Shown: positions 16,221 to 25,792 of the stretch, piece by piece | Numbering within the stretch: the first letter of the stretch is position 1 | Layout: the number at the start of each line of letters is the position of its first letter | Source: a virus | Length of the DNA: 36,494 nt | UHGV virus genome: UHGV-0309737 | Strand: one strand, 5' to 3' | Translations under genes and position numbers: made by a program | Notes under the pieces: model-generated | Database searches by the model: none | Seen by the model: only the letters and a program-made list of their open reading frames with translations | What the model was told of the DNA's origin: nothing

Positions 16221-16445
16221 ATGTGTGGAGGCGGTGCACCAAAAGTCGTAGAGCAGGATCCGCAGGCTGAGGCAGATGCAGCAGCCGACGCCGCAGCGAA
16301 GGCCGCGAACGCCGACGCCGCAGCGCGCAAGAAGCGCAAGAAAGGTTCCTCGCTGCTGGCAAGTGGTGCCGAAGGCGCAACGGATACAGGTTCATCCCTG
16401 CTTTCCTCTGGCGCCCAGGCAGCAAAAAACACCTTAGGGGCATAA
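16221..16445 (+). CDS. T7 gp6.7/gp7.3-like small virion protein
   Basis: 74 aa, MC start, Ala/Gly/Ser-rich with RKKRKK as in T7 gp6.7 (MCFSPK...) and gp7.3 (...RKKARAGGKKSLS...). Confidence 0.45.
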   Translation: MCGGGAPKVVEQDPQAEADAAADAAAKAANADAAARKKRKKGSSLLASGAEGATDTGSSLLSSGAQAAKNTLGA

Positions 16446-16448
16446 TCG

Positions 16449-18071
16449 ATGGATGAACTCGCCGTAAAGCTGGTTAAGCGTGCCGATACGCTGAAAGCCA
16501 ACCGACAGGTGCACGAAAGCGTCTGGCGGGAATGCTACGACTACACCTATCCGCTACGCGGCGCGGGGCTATCCGATGAGGTGCTGGACGCACAGAGCGC
16601 AAAATCGAAGGTGGCACGGCTGCTTGACGGCACGGCCACCGACAGCGCCCGCATGCTGGCGTCAGCTCTCATGTCCGGCATGACCCCGGCAAACGCGCAG
16701 TGGCTGAACCTCGACAGCGAATCGCTGCCGGATGATGCCGCCGCGTGGTTGTCCACCTGCGCAACGCTGGTATGGGAAAACATCCATGCAGCCAACTTCG
16801 ACGCCGAAGGCTATGAGGCGAATCTCGATGTGGTATGCGCTGGCTGGTTCGCGCTGTACATCGACGAAGACCGCGAAGAGGGCGGATTCTCGTTCCAGCA
16901 GTGGCCGCTGGCGCAGTGCTATGTCACATCCACCCGCCGCGATGGCATCGTGGACACGATTTATCGCCGCTACCAGCTCACCGCAGAGCAGGCGATTAAA
17001 GAATTTGGCGCGGATAAGGTCAGTAAGAAGATTCGCGATGCGGCCGCCAAAAAGCCGGATGACAAATTCGACTTCCTGCACTGCATTTTTCCGCGTGAAA
17101 ACTACGTGGTGAATGCGCGCCTGGCTAAAAACCTGCGCTTTGCATCGTACAACGTGGAAGTGAGCGGCAAGCTCATTGTGCGCGAATCGGGCTATCACGA
17201 ATTCCCCTGCTGCGTACCGCGCTGGATGAAAATTCCCGGCACGCCGTACGGTATCGGCCCGGTATATGACGCGCTGCCGGACTGCAAAGAGCTGAACGAA
17301 ACGAAGCGCATGGAGAAGGCCGCGCAGGATCTGGCGATCGCCGGGATGTGGATTGCGGAAGACGACGGCGTGCTCAACCCGCGTACGGTCAAGGTGGGCC
17401 CGCGCCGCATCATCGTGGCCAACAGCGTAGACAGCATGAAACCGTTGCTAACCGGCGCCGATTTCAATGTGGCCTTTACCGCAGAAGAACGCCTGCAGGC
17501 ATCTATCCGCAAAATCATGATGGCCGACCAGCTGCAACCGCAGGACGGCCCGGCGATGACTGCAACCGAAGTGCATGTGCGAGTCGCGCTGATCCGCCAG
17601 TTGCTTGGCCCGGTCTATGGCCGATTCCAGGCTGAATACCTGCAACCGCTGGTAGAGCGTTGCTTCGGCCTGGCATATCGCGCCGGTGTATTCCCGCCAG
17701 CGCCGGATAGTCTGCAAAACGCTAATTTCAATGTGCGCTATATCTCGCCGCTTGCCCGCGCGCAGCAGCTGGAGAACGTCACAGCCATTGAACGCCTTGG
17801 CGCGAACGTGGCGAATCTGGCGCAGGTATCACCCGATGTGACCGACCTCGTAGACACCGACGAAGCAACACGCGTGATAGCGGATGCGCTGGGCGTACCG
17901 GCGAAAGTCATTCGCTCGTCTGATGCCGTCGAACAACTTCGCCAGCAGCGCCAGCAGGCGCAGCAGCAACAAGCAGGGCAGGCACTCATGATGCAGGCAG
18001 GTAGCGAGGCGGCAACCACAGCAGGGCAGCAGGTGGGCGCAGCGCTGGGCCAACGAGTAGCGGGGGGCTAA
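16449..18071 (+). CDS. T7-like portal (head-to-tail connector, gp8-like)
   Basis: 540 aa; FPCCVPRWMKIPGTPYGIGPVYDALPDCKELNE vs T7 gp8 EACPYIPIRMVRLDGESYGRSYIEEYLGDLRSLEN; Gln/Ala-rich C-terminus as in gp8. Confidence 0.8.
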   Translation: MDELAVKLVKRADTLKANRQVHESVWRECYDYTYPLRGAGLSDEVLDAQSAKSKVARLLDGTATDSARMLASALMSGMTPANAQWLNLDSESLPDDAAAWLSTCATLVWENIHAANFDAEGYEANLDVVCAGWFALYIDEDREEGGFSFQQWPLAQCYVTSTRRDGIVDTIYRRYQLTAEQAIKEFGADKVSKKIRDAAAKKPDDKFDFLHCIFPRENYVVNARLAKNLRFASYNVEVSGKLIVRESGYHEFPCCVPRWMKIPGTPYGIGPVYDALPDCKELNETKRMEKAAQDLAIAGMWIAEDDGVLNPRTVKVGPRRIIVANSVDSMKPLLTGADFNVAFTAEERLQASIRKIMMADQLQPQDGPAMTATEVHVRVALIRQLLGPVYGRFQAEYLQPLVERCFGLAYRAGVFPPAPDSLQNANFNVRYISPLARAQQLENVTAIERLGANVANLAQVSPDVTDLVDTDEATRVIADALGVPAKVIRSSDAVEQLRQQRQQAQQQQAGQALMMQAGSEAATTAGQQVGAALGQRVAGG

Positions 18072-18304
18072 TGGCTACAAAACAAGTATCACCGGCGGAC
18101 TACAAACGCATTTTCGAGGAAATGCCAGGCGGGCCGCAGGTGCTGGATGAATTAACGCGCCGATTTGGGCGAGCGGCGTACGTCCCCGGCGGCACCGAGG
18201 GCGACCGCGAAACCTGTTACCGGGCCGGACAACGTGCCGTGCTCGATTTCATTCTGATGCAAATCAACCGTGCAGATGGAGTAAACGACGATGTGGAAGA
18301 TTAA
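18071..18304 (+). CDS. Hypothetical small protein
   Basis: 77 aa ORF, ATG overlaps portal stop. Confidence 0.35.
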   Translation: MATKQVSPADYKRIFEEMPGGPQVLDELTRRFGRAAYVPGGTEGDRETCYRAGQRAVLDFILMQINRADGVNDDVED

Positions 18305-19139
18305 ACACTTATTCATGAACGCCGAGCAGGGCGCCGAAGCGCCAGCAGGCAGCACAGGGGGCAATGATGGTGGCAATGGCAGTAGTGCTGAAAATCCGGG
18401 CACTGGTAATCCTGCTGGTAATTCACTACTCAGCACCGGCGCGGGCGAACAGGGCGCGAATGACTGGATACCTGAAAAATTCCGCGTTGTGGGCGAGGAC
18501 GGAAAACTCAGTATTGAAAGCTCAGCCCGCAAACTGGCGGAGAATTACTCTCTCCTTGAAAAACGCATGGGCAGCGGCGATGCGCCGCCAAAAACTGCTG
18601 ATGACTATGCCCCAGAGGTAAAGGCCGAAGGCTTCAACTGGGAAGAATTCAAAGCTGACCCACGCATGCAGTCGTTTATGAAATCGGCGCACGGCAAGGG
18701 GATCACCAACGACCAGATGAGTTTCATCATCAGCGAGTATGCGCAAATCGCCCCGTCGCTGGTCAACGGTGCGGCGGAACTGGATGCTGAATCCGCTACC
18801 ACGCAGCTGCGAGAAGTCTGGAAGACAGACGCCGAATTTAACAAGAATATCGGCCTGGCCTTCCGCGCATTCAATTCCCTGACCGATGAAGGAGATCGCG
18901 GCCGCATCGATGAAATCGGCAATAACCCGATGGTGATCCGCATGCTGGCGAAAATCGGCGCGGAAATGCAGGAGGACGCACCGGCGGGCGCCGACAGCAA
19001 CCCGGCAGAGCAGCAGACCATCCGTGACCTGATGAAGTCCGAAGCGTACATGAATCCGAAGCATACCGACCATGAGCGCGTATCTGCACAGGTGAAAGCG
19101 TACTACCAGAAGCGTTACGGCGATCAAACCGTAGCGTGA
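18291..19139 (+). CDS. Scaffolding protein (gp9-like by position); start may be ATG 18318
   Basis: acidic, Ala/Gly-rich 270-280 aa between portal and capsid, followed by terminator. Confidence 0.5.
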   Translation: MWKIKHLFMNAEQGAEAPAGSTGGNDGGNGSSAENPGTGNPAGNSLLSTGAGEQGANDWIPEKFRVVGEDGKLSIESSARKLAENYSLLEKRMGSGDAPPKTADDYAPEVKAEGFNWEEFKADPRMQSFMKSAHGKGITNDQMSFIISEYAQIAPSLVNGAAELDAESATTQLREVWKTDAEFNKNIGLAFRAFNSLTDEGDRGRIDEIGNNPMVIRMLAKIGAEMQEDAPAGADSNPAEQQTIRDLMKSEAYMNPKHTDHERVSAQVKAYYQKRYGDQTVA

Positions 19140-19161
19140 CATGTCACGATAAGCCAATCGA

Positions 19162-19190
19162 AGCCAGCCTGACCCGCTGGCTTTTTTATT
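19162..19190 (+). terminator. Intrinsic terminator after scaffold gene
   Basis: GCCAGC-ctgacccg-GCTGGC + TTTTTT. Confidence 0.75.
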
Positions 19191-19192
19191 TG

Positions 19193-19210
19193 GTCGGGAT
19201 TCCGACCGCG
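19193..19210. promoter_or_regulatory. Conserved palindromic late element copy 1 (GTCGGGATTCCGACCGCG)
   Basis: one of four copies of GTC(A/G)GGATTCCGACC; 148 nt upstream of capsid ATG. Confidence 0.6.
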
Positions 19211-19357
19211 CACCTCGCTAACAATCATCCCACAACCAGCCAGGCGGGGACGCCGGATAACTGAATTTTCCCGCAATGCGCCAGCGCCAACCGCATTGTG
19301 CTGATTTGGGCCGGAAATACCGACAACCCGCAGGCGATACTTTCTGGAGTGATTGTT

Positions 19358-20269
19358 ATGTCATTTGATACCGCTAAGAACATGATCACCGCTGCGTTTA
19401 TCCAGCAGTTCCATGATTCTTTCGAAATTGCCGCACAGCAGAAGGATTCCCGCCTGCAAGGTGCTGTTTACGACCGCGGCAACATCACCGGCGCGTCATT
19501 CACCATCAACGATATGGGTACCATCGAAATGACCCAGATCACCGAGCGTTTCGGTGATACCGTCTGGGATCTGCCTGATGCCGGCACCCGTAATGCGCTG
19601 ATGGCCGACTATGGCGTATTCGTGCCGGTGGAAAAGCGCGACCTGCGCAAACTGCTGGCTGACCCGCAGGGGCCATATTTGCAGCTGACGCTGGCCGCAT
19701 CCAACCGCAAAAAAGACGACGTTATCTATCGTGCGCTGCTGGATGACGTTCTGCGCAAAACCTCCAACACTGGCGCGTACGCTCCGGTTGCTCTCCCCGC
19801 ATCGCAGAAAATCGTTGCTGGCGGTACCGGGATGACCAAAGCGAAGCTGATCGCCGCAAAAGCCATGTTCCGTCGTAACGAGTGTGACGAGCAGAACGGG
19901 GAAGAGCTGTATATCACCTACAACGCCGACATGCTGACCCAAATCCTCAGCGATACCACGCTGACCAGCGCCGACTTTATGGCAGTGAAAATGCTGCAGG
20001 AAGGCGCAGTGTCTGGTAACTGGCTGGGCTTTAAGTGGCTGGCCTATGAAAAACTGGATTCTGCTGAAGCAGGTGATCCAGCGGTCACCACCAAAACCGC
20101 GGTTGCCTGGTGTAAAACCGCTGTGCATTTCGGTACCGGCGAAGAGTACAACGTCGATATCGGCCCGCGCCGCGATAAAAACAACACCATTCAGATTTCC
20201 GTCGATGCGTCCTATGGCGCAGGCCGCGCAGCGGAAAACAAAGTCGTCGCCATCGATTTCGTAGCATAA
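19358..20269 (+). CDS. Major capsid protein, T7 gp10-like
   Basis: 303 aa from ATG 19358 with GGAG SD; size/position and C-terminal similarity to gp10; followed by strong terminator as T7 T-phi. Confidence 0.7.
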   Translation: MSFDTAKNMITAAFIQQFHDSFEIAAQQKDSRLQGAVYDRGNITGASFTINDMGTIEMTQITERFGDTVWDLPDAGTRNALMADYGVFVPVEKRDLRKLLADPQGPYLQLTLAASNRKKDDVIYRALLDDVLRKTSNTGAYAPVALPASQKIVAGGTGMTKAKLIAAKAMFRRNECDEQNGEELYITYNADMLTQILSDTTLTSADFMAVKMLQEGAVSGNWLGFKWLAYEKLDSAEAGDPAVTTKTAVAWCKTAVHFGTGEEYNVDIGPRRDKNNTIQISVDASYGAGRAAENKVVAIDFVA

Positions 20270-20285
20270 AGCCGCTGGTGCCTTT

Positions 20286-20313
20286 GCCGGGGGATATCTC
20301 CCGGCCTTTTTTC
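20286..20313 (+). terminator. Strong intrinsic terminator after capsid gene (T-phi analogue)
   Basis: CCGGGGG-atat-CTCCCGG then CCTTTTTT. Confidence 0.85.
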
Positions 20314-20328
20314 ATCTGAGGTAAGGCT

Positions 20329-20892
20329 ATGGCTGACAGTATTTCTATCTGCTCTAACGCACTGCTGGCACTCGGTGCTCACCCGATTAACAGTTTCGAC
20401 GAAAACACCGATCACGCCCGCCTGTGCTCAAACCTTTATCCCACCGTGCGCAATAAGCTGCTGCGCGCACATCCGTGGAACTGCGTTGTAAAACGTGTGG
20501 TTCTCTCTCCTGTCAGTACAGCGCCGGTATTCGGTTTCCGCTTTCAGTTTGCATTACCCGGTGATCTTCTCCGCGTTCTGTCCGTTGGGGAACCTTGCGA
20601 CGATATTCCGTACCGCGTCGAAGGCAACCGGCTACTGGCGAACGTGCAGGTACTGAAGCTGCGTTATGTGTTCCGCAACGAAGACGAATCCACCTGGGAT
20701 GCCGCGCTCGTTGATGTGGCAGAAATGATGATGCAGGCAAAGCTGGCCTATGCCGTCACCGGCTCTACCAGTCTGCGCGATAGTCTCGCCCAGGAATCGC
20801 TGGTACTGCTGAAGCAGGCGAAGGCGGTGGATGGTCAGGAAGACCCGCCGGAAGAGCTTGGCGGCTATCCAACGTACGAATCGAGGTTCTGA
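20329..20892 (+). CDS. Tail tubular protein A (gp11-like)
   Basis: 187 aa, position between capsid and gp12-like. Confidence 0.55.
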   Translation: MADSISICSNALLALGAHPINSFDENTDHARLCSNLYPTVRNKLLRAHPWNCVVKRVVLSPVSTAPVFGFRFQFALPGDLLRVLSVGEPCDDIPYRVEGNRLLANVQVLKLRYVFRNEDESTWDAALVDVAEMMMQAKLAYAVTGSTSLRDSLAQESLVLLKQAKAVDGQEDPPEELGGYPTYESRF

Positions 20893-20893
20893 C

Positions 20894-22888
20894 ATGCGCG
20901 CCAATCTGATTAAAACCAACTTCACCGCCGGAGAAATTTCCCCGCGTCTAATGGGGCGTGTTGATATCGATCGCTATGCAAACGGCGCGAAGACGCTGGA
21001 AAATAGCGTGGTCGTGGTGCAGGGCGGGGTAATGCGTCGCCCCGGCTCGCAGTTCGTAGCGGCCACAAAGTACGGCGATAAAAAATCCCGCCTCATTCCG
21101 TACGTTTTCAATCGCACGCAGGCGTACATTCTGGAGTTTGGCGACGGCTATCTGCGAATTTACCAGGATGGTAAGCAACTGGTGAACGACGATAACACGC
21201 CGTACGAAATCGCCAGCCCGTACACCTCTGACATGCTGCCATCGGTAAATTACGTACAGGGCGCTGATACCATGTTTCTGGTGCATCAGTCCGTTAAACC
21301 GTACCGCCTGCAGCGACGCGGGCAAACCGATTGGGTACTGGAACCCGCGCCGTTTATCGTTGAACCCTTCGACGAAGTGCGAGACACGCCGCAGAAATGG
21401 TGCAAGCCATCGGTGAAAGAATTCGTCGGCTCGGAAATAACGCTGACCCTGAGCGATGACGAACCGCCAGAAGATAGCGAAGACCCGCCGCCGTTTACTG
21501 GTGATGGTTGGGTGCCTGAAGATGTGGGCTCGTACGTCAGGATTAACAGCGGTCTGGTGCTGATTAAGAGCGTAACCAGTGCGCAGGTGGCCATCGGTAC
21601 CATTCGCACCGATTTAAGCGCAACGCAGGCGGCATCGCCGGGCGCATGGACTCGCGAGGATTCCGTCTGGACGGATGAATTTGGATACCCGGGCGCGGTA
21701 ACACTTTACCAGCAGCGGCTGGTTCTGGCCGGTTCGCCGCGGTACCCGCAAACTATCTGGTGGAGTGAGTCGGGCGTATACCTCTCTTTCGAACTGGGAA
21801 CCGACGACGACGACGCGATCAGCTTTACGCTGTCTTCTGACCAGCTCAACCCGATTGTGCACCTCGCGCAGATGAATACGCTAATTGCGCTGACGTACGG
21901 CGGCGAGTTCACCATTACCGCCGGCAACGATGCGGCGATTACGCCTACCAATATTTCAGTAAAGAATCCCAGCCCGTACGGATGCAATGGGATCCGCCCG
22001 GTGCGTGTCGGTACCGAAATTATGTTCGTCCAGCGTTCTGGCCGTAAGCTCTACGCTGTCGCCTATGACCCCGACAGCTATGTAGCCTACTCGGCCAACG
22101 ATATGACCGTACTGGCGGAACACATCACAGAAGGCGGCGTGATCGATATGGCGTATCAGCAGCAACCTGATGCGTTTACCTGGCTGGTTCGCAATGATGG
22201 CGTAATGGTGACGATGGCTATCGATCGGGCGCAGAACGTTGTCGCGTGGTCACGGCAGATCACCAACGGTGCGTTTGAGTCCGTAGCGACTATTCCCTCA
22301 GCGACTGACGATGTGGTGTACGCCATTGTGCGCCGTACGGTCAACGGCCAGACCGTTCGCTATGTCGAAATGTTCAGTAACGCCCTGTACACCGATGCAG
22401 CCGTGACGGGCTCCAGCGATACTGGCGCAACGACATGGGGTGGCCTGTCGCACCTCGAAGGCGAGACCGTCGATATTGTTGCAGACGGTTCTGTGATGCC
22501 GCAGGCGGTCGTATCATCCGGCCAAATCACGCTATCGCGTAAAGCCTACAAAGTAGAAATCGGCCTGCACTTCGAAACGACCATTACCACTCTGACGCCT
22601 GAAGTCGCTACATCAGAAGGTACCACGCAGAATACCCGCAAGCGCACCAGTGAAGTCACTATGCGTTTCCTCCAAACCACTGGCGCCGAGTGCAATGGCC
22701 AGGTGATCCCGTTCCGCACGTTCGGGCCAAAAATCCTCAACCAGCCGGCGCCGTTGTTCACCGGCGATCACTACTGGGGAAAACTAGGCTGGGAGCGCGG
22801 AGAAGACACGCTGACTATTCAGCAGCGCCAGCCGCTGCCGTTCCACCTTCTCGCCATTGTCATCGTATTTACCAGCAACGGGGGCTAA
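20894..22888 (+). CDS. Tail tubular protein B (gp12-like)
   Basis: 664 aa from ATG 20894; N-terminal NFTAGEISPRL... parallels T7 gp12 NLKGGISQQP... Confidence 0.7.
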   Translation: MRANLIKTNFTAGEISPRLMGRVDIDRYANGAKTLENSVVVVQGGVMRRPGSQFVAATKYGDKKSRLIPYVFNRTQAYILEFGDGYLRIYQDGKQLVNDDNTPYEIASPYTSDMLPSVNYVQGADTMFLVHQSVKPYRLQRRGQTDWVLEPAPFIVEPFDEVRDTPQKWCKPSVKEFVGSEITLTLSDDEPPEDSEDPPPFTGDGWVPEDVGSYVRINSGLVLIKSVTSAQVAIGTIRTDLSATQAASPGAWTREDSVWTDEFGYPGAVTLYQQRLVLAGSPRYPQTIWWSESGVYLSFELGTDDDDAISFTLSSDQLNPIVHLAQMNTLIALTYGGEFTITAGNDAAITPTNISVKNPSPYGCNGIRPVRVGTEIMFVQRSGRKLYAVAYDPDSYVAYSANDMTVLAEHITEGGVIDMAYQQQPDAFTWLVRNDGVMVTMAIDRAQNVVAWSRQITNGAFESVATIPSATDDVVYAIVRRTVNGQTVRYVEMFSNALYTDAAVTGSSDTGATTWGGLSHLEGETVDIVADGSVMPQAVVSSGQITLSRKAYKVEIGLHFETTITTLTPEVATSEGTTQNTRKRTSEVTMRFLQTTGAECNGQVIPFRTFGPKILNQPAPLFTGDHYWGKLGWERGEDTLTIQQRQPLPFHLLAIVIVFTSNGG

Positions 22889-23340
22889 TGATGATTCGTA
22901 ACGCCACTGCCGGGGATATCCCGGCGCTTATCGAGCTGGGAACCCGGATGTATCTCGAGTCCCGTTACTCGCAAAACTCGCCGTTTGATGCGGATAAATG
23001 CGCAGAGCTGGCGCAGAGCCTGATTTATTCGCCGTCTGGTTGTGTACTGGTCGCTGAAAAAGACGGGCAGGTGATCGGCTGGCTTGGCGGCGGTGTTGCC
23101 GAGCAATTTTTTTCCCGCCAGTTGATGGCCTTCGAGTATGGCTTATTTGTCGCGCCAGAACATCGCGGCGGTAGTGCCGGCCCGAGACTGGCCCGCGCGT
23201 TTATCGACTGGTCAAAAGAGCACGGCGCCGCCGTTATCAATATGGGGATCACCACTGGCGTGCACGCAGAACGCACTGGCCAGTTGTATTCGCGTCTCGG
23301 CCTGCAGCAAACAGGCCTGCTTTATTCGATGGAGGTTTAA
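22888..23340 (+). CDS. GNAT-family N-acetyltransferase in the gp13 slot
   Basis: 150 aa; IGWLGGGV...VAPEHRGGSAGPRLARAFIDWSKEHGA fits the GNAT acetyl-CoA binding motif. Confidence 0.6.
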   Translation: MMIRNATAGDIPALIELGTRMYLESRYSQNSPFDADKCAELAQSLIYSPSGCVLVAEKDGQVIGWLGGGVAEQFFSRQLMAFEYGLFVAPEHRGGSAGPRLARAFIDWSKEHGAAVINMGITTGVHAERTGQLYSRLGLQQTGLLYSMEV

Positions 23341-23342
23341 CG

Positions 23343-23831
23343 ATGTGCACTGGCGTAGAAATTGCCCTGGTGGCGTCCACTGTACTTGCCGCTGGCGGCG
23401 CAGCGTATAGCGGGCAGCAGCAGAAAAAAATGGCGAACTATCAGGCCGCTCAGGCGGAAGCCGATGCAGAGGCGAGCCAGAAAGCCGCAAGGGTGGAAGC
23501 CGACCGTATCCGTAAAGCCGGGCGAGAACAGGCCGCAGCGGCCAACGCTTCGCTGGCGGCGTCGGGCGTTGAAACCGGCGAAGGTACCGCGCTGCGCATT
23601 ACTTCGGGCATTACTGAAGACGCAGAACAGGACGCTTTCCAGACCATCCTCACTGGAAATAACCAGGGGGCCAGGCTCAATGCACAGGCTCAGGCCGACC
23701 GGATCAGCGGAAAGAATGCGGCGATGGCGGGAAACATCAGCGCCGGTAGCTCACTTTTGAGCGCAGGTGGGACGGCGTACAGCGGCTGGAAGTCTGCCAA
23801 GGCAGGTAAATACGGATTATACGCGGAGTAA
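23343..23831 (+). CDS. Internal virion protein B (gp14-like)
   Basis: MCTGVEIALVASTVLAAGGAAYSGQQQKKMANYQAAQ vs T7 gp14 MCWAAAIPIAISGAQAISGQNAQAKMIAAQTAA. Confidence 0.7.
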   Translation: MCTGVEIALVASTVLAAGGAAYSGQQQKKMANYQAAQAEADAEASQKAARVEADRIRKAGREQAAAANASLAASGVETGEGTALRITSGITEDAEQDAFQTILTGNNQGARLNAQAQADRISGKNAAMAGNISAGSSLLSAGGTAYSGWKSAKAGKYGLYAE

Positions 23832-23836
23832 ATATC

Positions 23837-25792
23837 GTGAAAATTCCAACAGGTAATTTTGGCAACGTTACGCCGCAGGCACAGCCAACACGCGTAGACG
23901 TAGTTAACGCAGGCGCAGTAGGTGCTGCTGTTAAGGGATTAGCGGATGACATTCATCAGCAGGCAGACGCTATTGTTAGAGCCAGAGCGGGCGAAGGACT
24001 TCTGGATTACCAGATAAAAATTAAAGATATAAACGAAAACATCAGGCAGGGCGTCGAAGACGGAACCATTAAAGCAGACCAGATTGATAATATTTATAAA
24101 ACAGCTGTATCAAAGCTGGAGAAACCAAATTTTGGAGGTCTTGATCTCGCAGGAATGGAAGTTGCGCAACGCGGCATCAAACGTTATGAGGCTGACGGCC
24201 ATGCTACGGCTCAGGGTCTATACCGTACAGCGTTAAAAATAGAAGCAAAAGATCAGGTCGATACTCAACTTGACCAATTGGGTAAGTTAACAAATTACCC
24301 AGATGCTGATATCGAAAAAATTAATGGTATGTCCGCGGCATTGGATACTCAAGGCCGTTTAGCTTATGGCGACCAATGGGCCAAAGTTCGGCAGAGTTGG
24401 ATAGACAAAAACTGGTTTAATCAGGCGCAACAACGCTTAATGTCTGCCCGTAATGATGGTTCTGCTCTCTCAGCTCTTAATAACGAATTGACTGGTGAAA
24501 AAGGTTTTTATGTCGATAAGCTCGACCCCGAGAAGCGTAATGCGCTTGTAAATCAGGCTATGGGGTATCAGGCTCGCATAGAGGCCAGAGCAATAGCTGC
24601 ACAAAACCATGCTGATATGTTGGCAATGCGGAGAGAGAACGCGGCTATGCATGCCAGTACCAGTATGCAAATGCGTATTGCTAACGGTGAAATTCCTACG
24701 GATCAGGATTGGAATAATTATTTAACTTCAGTATCGGGAACCAGTCAGGATGGTACCGCCCCGGTTCTGCGGTCAGCGATGTTGGAGACCCAGCGTCTTT
24801 ACAGCCTCCCTCCGGAGAAAGCACAAGCAGAAGTGGATAGCCTTGCGTTATCGCTGAAGAAAAACGGTGGCAGTGAAATTCAGTACAAAGTGCTTAATGC
24901 TGTACAAAGCAATATCGATCACCGCCGTACTCAGCTACAGAAAAATCCTCAGGCGGTTTTTGCAATGGATTCCGGTACGCCGCTGGAGCCGCTAAATCCC
25001 CAATCGGCATTACAACAGCCGGGCGATTGGGGGGCTGGATTAGTCCAACGACAGGCCAACTCTGACGCTATTACTCAGAAATATGGAGCCACAGCGGGAA
25101 AGAATCTGCTGACAACCGAAGAGCTAGGGAATGCGAAGGATGCCTACGAAAAAATGTCTCCCGATCAGCGGATCCAGTTTTGGCGAAATACTCAAGCCAG
25201 CAGCACGCCGGCGATCGCCTCACGTTTAGCTAGGGAGATTGGCGGCGATGCTTTGCAGGTTTCTGCTGTGGCCGGGCTTGCCAACAACCCAGCCGGGTAC
25301 AAAACCGCGCTGGCGGTGGAAAACGGTTCGCGGCTTTTAAATCCAATTGATGGAGCACCTAAAGTAAGACTGCCCGCAAGCTTTGATCTGGACGTAGCTG
25401 ATGCCATAAAAAAACAGTATCCCACCCTCAGCCCCGCGCAGGTACAACGTCTTATTCCGGTAGTAAGGGATTACCATATCGGTACAGGTGGGTCCCCCGA
25501 TAAGACACCAAAAGCTGAAGCATTACACGAAGTTATAGGCAAGCCTGTGAATGTTTACGGCAGCTATGCAATAGCCCCCGCGGGCACCGATGAAAACACC
25601 TTTATTGATGCCTTAAAAATAGGGGTCAACCGGTTGGGCGACAGCGCTCAGGATGTAAAAAATGGCCTAAGTCAGGGCGTGTACGGCTTTGTCTCGGATT
25701 CTGATGGTAATCAGGTGCTGATCAACGCTGCAACCCAACGCCGGGTTGTTGGAAAAGACGGGCGCCCGGTAGTGATCGAGGTGGGTAAATGA
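23837..25792 (+). CDS. Internal virion protein C (gp15-like)
   Basis: 651 aa, GTG start; position after gp14-like; A-rich, lower GC than neighbours. Confidence 0.5.
   Translation: MKIPTGNFGNVTPQAQPTRVDVVNAGAVGAAVKGLADDIHQQADAIVRARAGEGLLDYQIKIKDINENIRQGVEDGTIKADQIDNIYKTAVSKLEKPNFGGLDLAGMEVAQRGIKRYEADGHATAQGLYRTALKIEAKDQVDTQLDQLGKLTNYPDADIEKINGMSAALDTQGRLAYGDQWAKVRQSWIDKNWFNQAQQRLMSARNDGSALSALNNELTGEKGFYVDKLDPEKRNALVNQAMGYQARIEARAIAAQNHADMLAMRRENAAMHASTSMQMRIANGEIPTDQDWNNYLTSVSGTSQDGTAPVLRSAMLETQRLYSLPPEKAQAEVDSLALSLKKNGGSEIQYKVLNAVQSNIDHRRTQLQKNPQAVFAMDSGTPLEPLNPQSALQQPGDWGAGLVQRQANSDAITQKYGATAGKNLLTTEELGNAKDAYEKMSPDQRIQFWRNTQASSTPAIASRLAREIGGDALQVSAVAGLANNPAGYKTALAVENGSRLLNPIDGAPKVRLPASFDLDVADAIKKQYPTLSPAQVQRLIPVVRDYHIGTGGSPDKTPKAEALHEVIGKPVNVYGSYAIAPAGTDENTFIDALKIGVNRLGDSAQDVKNGLSQGVYGFVSDSDGNQVLINAATQRRVVGKDGRPVVIEVGK

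Noticed and set aside
15286-16448. Search for T7-type RNAP promoters (TAATACGACTCACTATAG-like 23-mers) and a single-subunit RNAP gene
   Set aside because: None were found anywhere in the window. The repeated late element is unrelated in sequence, and the att-to-att prophage contains no ORF of RNAP size.
16076-20128. Numerous long antisense ORFs, e.g. 16076-16501, 16662-17198, 18522-19157 and 19496-20128 (all minus strand)
   Set aside because: They lie opposite strongly supported plus-strand structural genes in high-GC DNA, where stop codons are rare, and they have no RBS or homology signal.
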